Origin: Eledone cirrhosa
Taxonomy: Eukaryota
DNA: 64,000 nucleotides
Direction: 5' to 3'
Assembly: GCA_964016885.1 (NCBI GenBank)
Contig: OZ024764.1
Location: forward strand, 4,030,001-4,094,000
A model generated the notes under the pieces. The model did no database searches, was not told where the DNA came from, and saw only the letters and a program-made list of their open reading frames with translations. Within the stretch, counting starts at the first letter, position 1, and each line of letters starts with the position of its first letter. Positions 1 to 11,929 of the stretch are shown piece by piece. The translations under genes and the position numbers were made by a program.

Positions 1-266
1 GTTAATTTGAAGAGGAGAAGGGTTACCCTTCTTGGAGGCCCTAGAAGGGTCAGGTGAACCAGGATTCTTGGGGTACCTTAGTCATCCCCTGGATAGTTAT
101 CCCCCCCCCCCTCCATTGGGGAATTTTCATTGTTGTATTTTTCTTGTTTATTGTTATTGTTTTCCTATGTTTTAATCGATTTTGTGTAAACCCCCCCTCC
201 CCTGTCCCCGTCTATTGTCCCCTATATGTCACTCTTGTGGTCAATATCAACCAGTATTATTATAAC
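1..266 (+). mobile_element. Probable 3' end/UTR of a LINE (L1/Tx1-like) that seeds the following array
   Basis: Ends in GTCA(G)CCCTTGTGGTCAATA plus an (ATT)n tail. The final array unit ends AGTAAATAAAACCATTATTATTATT, a poly-A signal followed by a simple-repeat tail. The family assignment is from recollection, not a search. Confidence 0.4.
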
Positions 267-1850
267 AACCCCCACTGTCCCTGTCTATTGTATTGTCCCC
301 TATATGTCAGCCCTTGTGGTCAATATAAACCAGTATTATTATTACAACCCCCACTGTCCCTGTCTATTGTATTGTCCCCTATATGTCAGCCCTTGTGGTC
401 AATATAAACCAGTATTATTATTACAACCCCCACTGTCCCTGTCTATTGTATTGTCCCCTATATGTCAGCCCTTGTGGTCAATATAAACCAGTATTATTAT
501 TACGACCCCCCACTGTCCCTGTCTATTGTATTGTCCCCTATATGTCAGCCCCTGTGGTCAATATAAACCAGTATTATTATTATTACAACCCCCACTGTCC
601 CTGTCTATTGTATTGTCCCCTATATGTCAGCCCTTGTGGTCAATATAAACCAGTATTATTATTACAACCCCCACTTTCCCTGTCTATTGTATTGTCCCCT
701 ATATGTCAGCCCTTGTGGTCAATATAAACCAGTATTATTATTATTACAACCCCCACTGTCCCTGTCTATTGTATTGTCCCCTATATGTCAGCCCTTGTGG
801 TCAATATAAACCAGTATTATTATTACAACCCCCACTGTCCCTGTCTATTGTATTGTCCCCTATATGTCAGCCCTTGTGGTCAATATAAACCAGTATTATT
901 ATTACAACCCCCACTGTCCCTGTCTATTGTATTGTCCCCTATATGTCAGCCCTTGTGGTCAATATAAACCAGTATTATTATTACAACCCCCACTGTCCCT
1001 GTCTATTGTATTGTCCCCTATATGTCAGCCCTTGTGGTCAATATAAACCAGTATTATTATTACAACCCCCACTGTCCCTGTCTATTGTACTGTCCCCTAT
1101 ATGTCAGCCCTTGTGGTCAATATAAACCAGTATTATTATTACAACCCCCACTGTCCCTGTCTATTGTATTGTCCCCTATATGTCAGCCCTTGTGGTCAAT
1201 ATAAACCAGTATTATTATTACAACCCCACTTTCCCTGTCTATTGTACTGTCCCCTATATGTCAGCCCTTGTGGTCAATATAAACCAGTATTATTATTACA
1301 ACCCCCACTGTCCCTGTCTATTGTATTGTCCCCTATATGTCAGCCCTTGTGGTCAATATAAACCAGTATTATTATTACAACCCCCACTTTCCCTGTCTAT
1401 TGTATTGTCCCCTATATGTCAGCCCTTGTGGTCAATATAAACCAGTATTATTATTACAACCCCCACTGTCCCTGTCTATTGTATTGTCCCCTATATGTCA
1501 GCCCTTGTGGTCAATATAAACCAGTATTATTATTACAACCCCCACTGTCCCTGTCTATTGTATTGTCCCCTATATGTCAGCCCTTGTGGTCATAAACCAG
1601 TATTATTATTACAACCCCACTGTCCTTGTCTATTGTATTGTCCCCTATATGTCAGCCCTTGTGGCCAATATAAACCAGTATTATTATTACAACCCCCACT
1701 GTCCCTGTCTATTGTATTGTCCCCTATATGTCAGCCCTTGTGGCCAATATAAACCAGTATTATTATTACAACCCCCACTGTCCCTGTCTATTGTATTGTC
1801 CCCTATATGTCAGCCCTTGTGGTCAGTAAATAAAACCATTATTATTATTA
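267..1850 (+). repeat. 79-bp minisatellite, about 20 copies
   Basis: Unit CCCCACTGTCCCTGTCTATTGTATTGTCCCCTATATGTCAGCCCTTGTGGTCAATATAAACCAGTATTATTATTACAAC. ORF starts recur every 79 nt (785, 864, 943). Confidence 0.97.
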
Positions 1851-1864
1851 TTTTCTCATTTCAG

Positions 1865-1930
1865 ATCAATCTAGATGGTTTGGTAGATGAAGATACAGAC
1901 ATTGAAGCAGATTTAGAAGATGATGTACAG
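1865..1930 (+). CDS. Internal coding exon (phase 0-0) of an unidentified host gene: INLDGLVDEDTDIEADLEDDVQ
   Basis: Acceptor ttttctcatttcag| and donor CAG|gtgacc. The 66-nt exon is open and is a unique, non-repeat island. Confidence 0.85.
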
Positions 1931-1960
1931 GTGACCCCTCTCTTTCTTATAATATATGTA

Positions 1961-2210
1961 CTAGCAAAGTAGCCTGTCATTGCCGGGCACACCTTTTGCT
2001 ACTAAATAAAGACCTACTCTCTCTCTTCAACAGGGCCATCTTTAAATAGCCCCATAACTCTGCTATTTTAGAGGAGAGCAAGTTTTAAACTATATGTTGA
2101 CATGGTCCAGGAGCTAAATAGCTTATGTATCAAATTTGAACAAAATCAATGAAGACTGTGAAAATGTATCACCTACAGACAGACATTTTCGTTTCTATAT
2201 ATATATATAG
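1961..2210 (-). mobile_element. Non-autonomous Helitron-like fragment
   Basis: On the minus strand it begins CTATATATATATAGAAACGAAAATGTCTGTCTG and ends with a GC hairpin (CCCGGCAATGACAGGC) plus TGCTAG, like the Helitrons at 27149 and 42891. Confidence 0.6.
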
Positions 2211-2239
2211 CTGAAAAATCGCTCCTGGCTCTTACAGAG

Positions 2240-2400
2240 GTTTTACAGAGGCAGCAGAATCCGTGGAGCATCGGATAATATGCTTTCCTGCATTTTGTTG
2301 CAACCCTTTATGTTCTGAGTTTAATTTCTATCAAAATTTCCTTTGATTTTCACCCTTACAAGGTTGATAATATAAAGTATCTGTAATGTACTGAGATTTG
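2240..2400 (+). mobile_element. Degenerate tRNA-derived SINE (family A)
   Basis: Diverged match to ...TTCTGAGTTCAAAT...CCTTTCATCC...GATAAAATAAAGTACCAGTAATG. Confidence 0.55.
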
Positions 2401-2402
2401 AT

Positions 2403-5400
2403 TTAACCCTTTAGCATTTAAACTGGCCGTATCTGGCCATAACCAGCCACTCATACTGATGTTAAAGTATTGTTCTTAAATAAATAACATAAAAAAATCT
2501 TATAGGTTCGATATTATGAGATCTTCGCCCACTTATGGGTCCTGTCAGTGGGTCCTGTCAGAAGCAACCATCTGCAGCTGATCCAACTGGGTCCCCCAGT
2601 GTGACCAGCCAAAATCATGGATGTTATCCAACAATCTTGCTCAGGCTCTACCCCTGGGTCTCCTACCTGTTGGTTTTACCTGTAAAATGTGTCCAGAGAT
2701 TCTTTCCTGAGACATTCTAACCACATGTCTGTAGTATCAGAGCTGTGATCTCTCAATTCAGAGATTCTCTCCTGAGACATTCTAACCACATGTCTGTAGT
2801 ATCAGAGCTGTGATCTCTCAATTCAGAGATTCTTTCCTGAGACATTCTAACCACATGTCTGTAGTATCAGAGCTGTGATCTCTCAATTCAGAGATTCTTT
2901 CCTGAGACATTCTAACCACATGTCTGTAGTATCAGAGCTGTGATCTCTCAATTCAGAGATTCTCTCCTGAGACATTCTAACCACATGTCTGTAGTATCAG
3001 AGCTGTGATCTCTCAATTCAGAGATTCTCTCCTGAGACATTCTAACCACATGTCTGTAGTATCAGAGCTGTGATCTCTCAATTCAGAGATTCTTTCCTGA
3101 GACATTCTAACCACATGTCTGTAGTATCAGAGCTGGGATCTCTCAATCCAGAGATTCTTTCCTGAGACATTCTAACCACATGTCTGTAGTATCAGAGCTG
3201 TGATCTCTCAATTCAGAGATTCTCTCCTGAGACATTCTAACCACATGTCTGTAGTATCAGAGCTGTGATCTCTCAATTCAGAGATTCTTTCCTCAGACAT
3301 TCTAACCACATGTCTGTAGTATCAGAGCTGTGATCTCTCAATTCAGAGATTCTTTCCTGAGACATTCTAACCACATGTCTGTAGTATCAGAGCTGTGGTC
3401 TCTCAATTCAGAGATTCTTTCCTCAGACATTCTAACCACATGTCTGTAGTATCAGAGCTGTCATCTCTCAATTCAGAGATTCTTTCCTGAGACATTCTAA
3501 CCACATGTCTGTAGTATCAGAGCTGTGATCTCTCAATTCAGAGATTCTTTCCTCAGACATTCTAACCACATGTCTGTAGTATCAGAGCTGTGGTCTCTCA
3601 ATTCAGAGATTCTTTCCTCAGACATTCTAACCACATGTCTGTAGTATCAGAGCTGTGATCTCTCAATTCAGAGATTCTTTCCTGAGACATTCTAACCACA
3701 TGTCTGTAGTATCAGAGCTGTGATCTCTCAATCCAGAGATTCTTTCCTGAGACATTCTAACCACATGTCTGTAGTATCAGAGCTGTGGTCTCTCAATTCA
3801 GAGATTCTTTCCTCAGACATTCTAACCACATGTCTGTAGTATCAGAGCTGTGATCTCTCAATTCAGAGATTCTTTCCTCAGACATTCTAACCACATGTCT
3901 GTAGTATCAGAGCTGTGATCTCTCAATTCAGAGATTCTTTCCTCAGACATTCTAACCACATGTCTGTAGTATCAGAGCTGTGATCTCTCAATTCAGAGAT
4001 TCTTTCCTCAGACATTCTAACCACATGTCTGTAGTATCAGAGCTGTGATCTCTCAATTCAGAGATTCTTTCCTCAGACATTCTAACCACATGTCTGTAGT
4101 ATCAGAGCTGTGATCTCTCAATTCAGAGATTCTTTCCTCAGACATTCTAACCACATGTCTGTAGTATCAGAGCTGTGGTCTCTCAATTCAGAGATTCTTT
4201 CCTCAGACATTCTAACCACATGTCTGTAGTATCAGAGCTGTGATCTCTCAATTCAGAGATTCTTTCCTGAGACATTCTAACCACATGTCTGTAGTATCAG
4301 AGCTGTGATCTCTCAATCCAGAGATTCTTTCCTCAGACATTCTAACCACATGTCTGTAGTATCAGAGCTGTGGTCTCTCAATTCAGAGATTCTTTCCTGA
4401 GACATTCTAACCACATGTCTGTAGTATCAGAGCTGTGATCTCTCAATTCAGAGATTCTTTCCTCAGACATTCTAACCACATGTCTGTAGTATCAGAGCTG
4501 TGATCTCTCAATTCAGAGATTCTTTCCTCAGACATTCTAACCACATGTCTGTAGTATCAGAGCTGTGATCTCTCAATTCAGAGATTCTTTCCTCAGACAT
4601 TCTAACCACATGTCTGTAGTATCAGAGCTGTGATCTCTCAATTCAGAGATTCTTTCCTCAGACATTCTAACCACATGTCTGTAGTATCAGAGCTGTGATC
4701 TCTCAATTCAGAGATTCTTTCCTCAGACATTCTAACCACATGTCTGTAGTATCAGAGCTGTGATCTCTCAATTCAGAGATTCTTTCCTCAGACATTCTAA
4801 CCACATGTCTGTAGTATCAGAGCTGTGGTCTCTCAATTCAGAGATTCTTTCCTCAGACATTCTAACCACATGTCTGTAGTATCAGAGCTGTGATCTCTCA
4901 ATTCAGAGATTCTTTCCTCAGACATTCTAACCACATGTCTGTAGTATCAGAGCTGTGATCTCTCAATCCAGAGATTCTTTCCTGAGACATTCTAACCACA
5001 TGTCTGTAGTATCAGAGCTGTGGTCTCTCAATTCAGAGATTCTTTCCTGAGACATTCTAACCACATGTCTGTAGTATCAGAGCTGTGATCTCTCAATTCA
5101 GAGATTCTTTCCTGAGACATTCTAACCACATGTCTGTAGTATCAGAGCTGTGATCTCTCAATCCAGAGATTCTTTCATGAGACATTCTAACCACATGTCT
5201 GTAGTATCAGAGCTGTGATCTCTCAATTCAGAGATTCTTTCCTCAGACATTCTAACCACATGTCTGTAGTATCAGAGCTGTGATCTCTCAATTCAGAGAT
5301 TCTTTCCTGAGATGTTCTAACCACATGTCTGTAGTATCAGAGCTGTGATCTCTCAATCCAGAGATTCTTTCCTGAGACATTCTAACCACATGTCTGTAGT

Positions 5401-5604
5401 ATCAGAGCTGTGATCTCTCAATTCAGAGATTCTTTCCTGAGATGTTCTAACCACATGTCTGTAGTATCAGAGCTGTGGTCTCTCAATTCAGAGATTCAGT
5501 CCTGAGACATTCTAACCACATGTCTATAGTATCAGAGCTGTGATCTCTCAATCCAGAGATTCAGTCCTGAGATATATAGATTCATGTAAATACTAAAGGG
5601 TTAA
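2403..5604. mobile_element. piggyBac-type MITE enclosing an RTE fragment and a 65-bp array
   Basis: TTAA-CCCTTTAGCATTTA ... TAAATACTAAAGGG-TTAA termini, i.e. a TTAA target site and TIRs starting CCC. Confidence 0.75.
2523..5572 (-). repeat. RTE LINE 3' fragment (2523-2700) with an internal 65-bp segment amplified about 44 times (2692-5572)
   Basis: The unit on the minus strand reads IERSQL(R/*)YYRHVVRMSQERI, the RTE 'RLRWYGHV' region. An unamplified homologue lies at about 37900-37980. Confidence 0.9.
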
Positions 5605-5691
5605 TCAACTTTACCCTTTCCTCTTGAAATTCCTGGCCTTGTGCCAAAAATAGAAACAATTATTAATTGTGTTGTTGTTGTTGTTGTTTAG

Positions 5692-5801
5692 ATTCTGCTG
5701 TTGCAGAGGAACTACAATGTGATGAGTGACTTGAAGAGATCTTTCAAAGATATGGTGAAGGAATACATTGAGAAACTTGGCGCCGAAAATGGATGTTTAA
5801 T
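5692..5801 (+). CDS. Internal coding exon (phase 0-2): ILLLQRNYNVMSDLKRSFKDMVKEYIEKLGAENGCL
   Basis: Acceptor (gtt)n-ttag| and canonical donor AT|gtaagt. The 110-nt exon is open and in phase with the flanking exons. Confidence 0.88.
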
Positions 5802-5995
5802 GTAAGTTGGCAGCACACACTTTTTTTTTCTTATTTTAGGTAGTGGGACTTTGGGGTAGCGGTTGGTTAGGGACTGTTAGTTAGCAGCTAGTTGGGGGCT
5901 TGGGGTGAGGGTTTGTGGGCTAGCAGCTAGTTGGGGGGTGCAGGATTGCGGGCTAGCAATTGGATTGTTGGTGCTATTACTACACGGCCACATAA

Positions 5996-7115
5996 GTGTG
6001 GACTGGGTACTTTTTGTTGAGACACCTACATGACCACTTTACAGTGTGGACTGGGTACTTATTGTTGAGACACCTACATGACCACTTTACAGTGTGGACT
6101 GGGTACTTTTTGTTGTGACACCTACATGACCACTTTACAGTGTGGACTGGGTACTTTTTGTTGTGACACCTACATGACCACTTAACAGTGTAGACTGGGT
6201 ACTTTTTGTTGTGACACCTACATGACCACTTTACAGTGTGGACTGGGTACTTTTTGTTGAGACACCTACATGACCACTTTACAGTGTGGACTGGGTACTT
6301 TTTGTTGTGACACCTACATGACCACTTTACAGTGTGGACTGGGTACTTTTTGTTGTGACACCTACATGACCACTTAACAGTGTAGACTGGGTACTTTTTG
6401 TTGAGACACCTACATGACCACCTTACAGTGTGGACTGGGTACTTTTTGTTGTGACACCTCATGACCACTTTACAGTGTGGACTGGGTACTTTTTGTTGTG
6501 ACACCTACATGACCACTTTACAGTGTGGACTGGGTCCTTTTTGTTGAGACACCTACATGACCACCTTACAGTGTGGACTGGGTACTTTTTGTTGAGACAC
6601 CTACATGACTACCTTAGTGTGGACTGGGTACTTTTTGTTGAGACACCTACATGACTACCTTACAGTGTGGACTGGGTACTTTTTGTTGTGACACCTACAT
6701 GACCACTTTACAGTGTGGACTGGGTACTTTTTGTTGAGACACCTACATGACCACCTTACAGTGTGGACTGGGTACTTTTTGTTGTGACACCTACATGACC
6801 ACTTTACAGTGTGGACTGGGTGTTGTTTGTTGTGACACCTACATGACCACTTTACTGTGTGGACTGGGTACTTTTTGTTGTGACACCTACATGACCACTT
6901 TACAGTGTGGACTGGGTGTTGTTTGTTGTGACACCTACATGACCACTTTACTGTGTGGACTGGGTACTTTTTGTTGTGACACTTACATGACCACTTTACA
7001 GTGTGGACTGGGTACTTTTTGTTGTGACACCTACATGACCACTTTACAGTGTGGACTGGGTACTTTTTGTTGTGACACCTACATGACCACTCTACAGTGT
7101 GGACTGGGTGTTGTG
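5996..7115 (+). repeat. 48-bp minisatellite, about 23 copies, derived from a SINE-like element
   Basis: Unit ACAGTGTGGACTGGGTACTTTTTGTTGTGACACCTACATGACCACTTT. Both flanks match the low-copy element at 28900-29150. Confidence 0.95.
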
Positions 7116-7193
7116 GTACCAACATAACTTCATAGGGAGAGGTTGATGAGTGGGAGGAGGGGGTAGGGATAATGGGTTGGGGTGTATATTTGG

Positions 7194-7415
7194 TTAACCC
7201 TTTAGCATTTAAACAGCCACATCCAACCAGAATCCTTTCACCTCTTTCTGTTCAAACTGGCCATACCTGGCCACTTATACTGCTGTTAAGGAATTGTTCA
7301 CAAAATAAATATCAAAATCTCATAGATTCAATATTATGAGATATTATGTGAGGTAAAGCCTTTACTGTGAAAATACAATAGTAAATATAGAGTAATGTAA
7401 AAGTTAAAGGGTGAA
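7194..7415. mobile_element. Unexpanded (about 220-bp) piggyBac-type MITE
   Basis: TTAA-CCCTTTAGC ... AAAGGG-TGAA. The paralogous flank at about 29113-29150 (GGGGTGTATATTTGGTTAAGAGG) is an empty site with a single TTAA. Confidence 0.85.
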
Positions 7416-7664
7416 GAGGGACCGACTGACTGTAGGTTTAAGTTTGTATGTAGGGAAGGCGGGTCTTTTGTATTACTGGGTAACTGTATATATATGTGTA
7501 TGTGTGTTTGCGTTATTAATGTAGAAAGAATGTATATATATTAGTGTAGTAAGAGTATGTAGTACATTTCAGATTGTATATATATCAGTAAGAGTGTATG
7601 TGTTAGATTACTGTGTATATATATATGTTAGAGTATGTAGTAGATTAGTGTATTAAGCATATAT

Positions 7665-8724
7665 TAACCATCTCACCAACAACAACCCTGAGCACCTTTT
7701 TGAATTCCATGTGTCTAACACGTGGACATGCCCACAAAGTCAGAAAACAGCACAGCTCCCATGACTTTCGGAAACATTTTTTTCACGCTCAGAGTTGCTG
7801 AAGCATGGAACAAACTACCTGCATCAGTTATTAGATGCTGAGACACTGCATCCTTTAAAACCTCCATGGAACAAACTACCTGCATCAGTTGTTAGCTGCC
7901 GAGACACTGCATCCTTTAAAACCTCCATGGAACAAACTACCTGCATCAGTTGTTAGCTGTCGAGACACTGCATCCTTTAAAATCTCCATGGAACAAACTA
8001 ACTGCATCAGTTGTTAGCTATCGAGACACTGCATCCTTTAAAACCTCCATGAAACAAACTACCTGCATCAGTTGTTAGCTGTCGAGAGACTGCATCCTTT
8101 AAAATCTCCATGGACCAAACTACCTGCATCAGTTGTTAGCTGTCAAGACACTGCATCCTTTAAGGCCTCCATGGAACAAACTACCTGCATCAGTTGTTAG
8201 CTGTCGAGGCACTGCATCCTTTAAAACCTCCATGGAACAAACTCCCAGCATCAGTTGTTAGCTGTCGAGACACTGCATCCTTTAAAACCTCCATAGAACA
8301 AGCTACCTGCACCAGTTGTTAGCTGTAGAGACATTGCATCCTTTAAAACCTCCATGGAATAAACTACCTACATCAGTTGTGAGCTGTCGAGACACTGCAT
8401 CCTTTAAAATCTCCATGGAAGAAACTACCTGTATCAGTTGTTAGCTGTCGAGTCACTGCATCCTTTAAAACCTCCATTGAACAAACTACCTGCATCAGTT
8501 GTTAGCTGTCAACACACTGCATCCTTTAAAACCTCAATGCTTCCCGAGATTCACCAACACCTAATGTTCCCCCTCCATACACACACACACACATGTATAT
8601 CATGACTCATACACTGTTCATTTTCCTGACATTTGTATATTATTCTTTGTACTATACATACACTTTTTGATGAGTTGTAGTGCACCTGAGCACTGTACAC
8701 AATAATTTCATTATTATTATTATT
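7665..8724 (+). mobile_element. CR1-like LINE 3' end with a 61-bp segment amplified about 12 times (7804-8537)
   Basis: Encodes RGHAHK...FRKHFF..RVAEAWNKLPASVVSCRDTASFKTSM, a typical CR1 C-terminus, and has an (ATT)n tail. Confidence 0.85.
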
Positions 8725-8849
8725 ACAGTGTGTATATATATGTATATATATTGTAGTAAGAATGTATATAGTAGATTACAGTGTATATATATATCAAAGA
8801 TATTAATAATTGGAAACTTTATTTATAAAACTATATTTTATTTGCTTAT

Positions 8850-9237
8850 GTATAAACGTTTGTATATGTATAATAAAGCCAAAACAATGCAGGTATGGAC
8901 ATAGAATAAAGAATGCAAAAGATATTGTTGACAATTAGTCTTTTATCTTAGATTTATTTAAGTGTCCTTAATTTTCGAGATAATATCTCTTCTTCGGAGG
9001 GAAGTAAAGTGGTTAAACCAGTGTTCTAAATAGCTTGCCAAGTCATGCTGACAAGAACACTGGTTTAACCGCTTTACTTCCCTCCGAAGAAGAGATATTA
9101 TCTCAAAAATTAAGGACACTTAAATAAATCTAAGGTAAAAGACTAATTGTCAACAATATCTTTTGCATTTGCATTCTTTATTCTATGTCCATACCTGCAT
9201 TGTTTTGGCTTTATTTTACATATACAAACGTTTATAC
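8850..9237. repeat. Long inverted repeat (arms about 178 bp), Penelope-like pLTR palindrome
   Basis: Arms 8850-9027 and 9055-9237 are reverse complements. Each carries a variant hammerhead motif, and the unit sits between (TA)-rich tracts. Confidence 0.85.
8966..9000 (-). ncRNA. Variant minimal hammerhead ribozyme motif (CCGAAGA core)
   Basis: cct-CCGAAGA-agagat(att)atctc-GAAA-at-TA-agg. The mirror copy at 9081-9115 has GAAA changed to AAAA. Confidence 0.45.
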
Positions 9238-9273
9238 CTCATTACACATTGCTTCAAGTGAACTATAACTTCC

Positions 9274-9333
<60 letters not shown>

Positions 9334-9455
9334 AGTATATGCAGTAGAATACAATGTATATATTTCATTCCAGTGCCAGCATCAGGTCCTATAAGAATTC
9401 TGGAATATTTACAGTTTACGAGATATGGAGTTCAGAGTCTGACCATAAAAAGTGA

Positions 9456-9456
<1 letters not shown>

Positions 9457-9507
<51 letters not shown>

Positions 9508-9543
9508 TCTCTCTCTCTCTTTCTCTCTCTCTCTCTTTCTCTC

Positions 9544-9577
<34 letters not shown>
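9457..9577. repeat. (CT)n microsatellite
   Basis: Direct inspection. Confidence 0.95.
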
Positions 9578-10022
9578 AAATGGTGAGTTTGGACAATCCT
9601 GCAGGACTAAAAACAAAACCTGTCAATGGCCATCTGTCAAGGCAGAATTCTAGGAGAAGGAAAACTCTGATATAACACCTGCAATCCTGATGGTATCCAA
9701 TGATGTTGACTTGTTCTTCTTTTTGGTAAATATCATCTTGGTTAAGAGAGTGGGACTGGCTTTGTGCAGTGCCTTTGCTCACTATAAAAGGTTCACGGCA
9801 CAGGCATTGCTTTATATCTGGAGATCTCTCTGCACTTGTCGTCACATGGTACCATGGGCCCAGCACTATGTGTCAATAATTGTCACAAGTGTAGTGTTTG
9901 TACCAGAGTTTTCAAGTCGCTGGCTGGACTAAAAAGTCACACTCGTTCAGCGCATCGGTAGGGGTTCTCCTACATGGATATAAAGTAGTGGCCGTACTCG
10001 AAAACGAGTTGGCAGCCACCAT
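9578..10022 (+). mobile_element. Bipartite non-autonomous RTE element (5'UTR motif plus C2H2-coding 3' end)
   Basis: Carries CTAGGAGAAGGAAAACTCTGA (RTE 5'UTR-like), encodes KCSVCTRVFKSLAGLKSHTRSAHR*, and ends in a 3' hairpin plus (AT)n. Near-identical to 60600-60986. Confidence 0.7.
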
Positions 10023-10066
10023 ATATATATATATGTATGTATGTATGTGTATATTTATATATATAT

Positions 10067-10458
10067 GGAGGCACATGGCTTAGTGGTTATAGCATTGGGC
10101 TTGCAATCGAAAGGTTGCGAGTTCAATTCTCAGACCGGGTGATGTGTTGTTTCCTTGAGCAAGACACTTTATTTCACATTGCTCCAGTTTACTCAGCTGT
10201 AGAAATGAGATGATAGGATTGGGGTCCCTATCATTCCACTGCAAAGTGGTCGTGGAGGTGCCACGGCAAAAAAAGCACCCAGCATTCACTGTAAATGAGG
10301 TTGGTGTTAGGAAGGGCATCCAGCTGTAGAAATCAAGCCAGAATCAGCTTCCATATGAGCAAGACTAGGTCAGCCGACTGGACCCTGCCCACAACAGGAC
10401 AACCCGTCTAACCCATGCTCGCATGGAAGAACGGACATAAAATGATGATGATGATGAT
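10067..10458 (+). mobile_element. tRNA-derived CORE-like SINE (family B) with a (GAT)n tail
   Basis: A box TGGCTTAGTGG, B box GAGTTCAATTC, CCTTGAGCAAGACACTT core, and tail CGTCTAACCCATGCT...TGATGATGA. At least 6 similar copies occur in the window. Confidence 0.85.
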
Positions 10459-10562
10459 ATATAAGGGATAACAAAATATTGTTATAAGTAATTCAGTTAG
10501 AGGTTGTGAGTACTTCATATTGTGGATAGTTTTAGTGTACGGCTAAAACTGAGCATATTTTA

Positions 10563-10677
10563 ACAGTTCTTCTGATGATCTGGTTAAGCTAACAACATAT
10601 TTAAAACTGAGTGGCACAGCTTCAAGTGTTCAGCAATATTTAGACAACTTAATCAGTGAAACAATTGTTAATACTGT
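10563..10677 (+). ncRNA. Type-I hammerhead motif with extended stem II, sense-oriented in the host intron
   Basis: acagttctt-CTGATGA-tctggttaag...cttaatcagt-GAAA-caattg-TT-aatactgt. Stem III is palindromic and stem I is imperfect. Confidence 0.55.
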
Positions 10678-10727
10678 AAATAAAAACCTTTTTTTGTACT
10701 GTTGACCATGTTATTCTTCACTCTTTC

Positions 10728-10758
<31 letters not shown>

Positions 10759-10945
10759 AGTATATAAATTATTGTGAGCGTGAAGCCAACAGTATTCCAT
10801 AATATATAAGTGACTATAACGTCAAAATGGAAAATAGTTAACGTAAGATATGGGAAAATAATTCAAACTCAATTAAAAAAGAATCAGGACATAGATTCAT
10901 CCACAGAATTTAGTGAAATCCAGGGAAAAATCAATAGAGCCTTAA

Positions 10946-10987
<42 letters not shown>

Positions 10988-11087
10988 ATAGAATGAAACG
11001 AAATTTCATTTCTCACTCTTAGTACGGCACTTACTTAAATGTAAGTATGTATGTATGTATACGTACATACATATATGTGTACAGTAG

Positions 11088-11128
<41 letters not shown>

Positions 11129-11250
11129 GTATCGGTTTACAGAACATTCATTATAATGCTCGGTTTGTTTGTAAACAAACAAACAGCCCGAATTACGCCA
11201 TACAGTGTTTAGGCAACCACGTAACCTTTTTGTTCAACACTGACACAGGA

Positions 11251-11293
11251 ATGATGTACTAGTTTCAAGCTTATTAGCTATCATCAGCATCAT
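11251..11293 (-). ncRNA. Minimal type-I hammerhead ribozyme
   Basis: atgatg-CTGATGA-tagc(taataa)gctt-GAAA-ctag-TA-catcat. It has a 6-bp stem I, an intact core, a palindromic stem III and a GUA cleavage triplet. Confidence 0.8.
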
Positions 11294-11767
11294 ATACCTT
11301 CCTGCCAGATGGTTGAACATCTGAAAGTATATACTTTCCTTATGCATATTAACGGCTGAGCAGCCTAATTTGCATATCGAGTGAGTTCAGTTGGCCGGGC
11401 ACACCGAAGACGATAAATGGAATAGAATGAAACGAAATTTCATTTCTCACTCTTAGTACGGCTGTTACTTAAATGTAAGTATGTATACGTACATACATAT
11501 ATGTGTACAGACATACAGTAGTATATATATATGTACGTATCGGTTTACCGAACATTTATTATAATGCTCGGTTTATTTGTATATATATATTGAAAGGGTG
11601 AAGAATAACATGGTCAACAGTATAAAAAAGGGTTTTATTTACGGTCTTAAAATGTTTAGCTATCTGTCTGTCCTTCCTCCACCTTACCCCAGCCCCATGT
11701 TACTCTTCTCCCGCCTCACCCCACCCCTATGTTACCCTACTTACTGTTATCCTTCTTCTGTTGTCAG

Positions 11768-11859
11768 ATTCCTCAAAAGCTCAACCAATGAGATTTTCAG
11801 TGACGAGACTGAGGACATGATGATGTGTTCTACAGTGGTCAATACCATGACCATACCTG
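11768..11859 (+). CDS. Internal coding exon (phase 2-1): (I)FLKSSTNEIFSDETEDMMMCSTVVNTMTIP
   Basis: Acceptor ccttcttctgttgtcag| and donor G|gtacgt. AT plus A completes the Ile codon from the previous exon. Confidence 0.88.
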
Positions 11860-11929
11860 GTACGTTTAAACTGTCTTTAGTGTGTGTATATACAGGCTGT
11901 CCCCCAAAAATGTATACACAGTAAAATCT

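Noticed and set aside
1-53. Possible upstream exon ending CAG|gtgaac
   Set aside because: The phase-0 frame needed has TAG at 42-44, and the region looks like a LINE 3' end.
267-7115. CRISPR-like regular repeats
   Set aside because: Units are head-to-tail without unique spacers, no cas genes are present, and the context is eukaryotic. The 49457-51662 stack is only superficially repeat-spacer-like.
10067-10140. tRNA genes (also 16522, 30768-30833, 44930 and others)
   Set aside because: A and B boxes are present but no complete cloverleaf forms. They continue into SINE bodies or are decayed SINE heads.
5692-11859. Faint resemblance of DLKRSF...GAENGCLIFLKS to a MINDY3/4 deubiquitinase segment
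   Set aside because: The similarity is weak and from memory, and the protein ends about 40 aa later whereas MINDY domains continue. No symbol was assigned.
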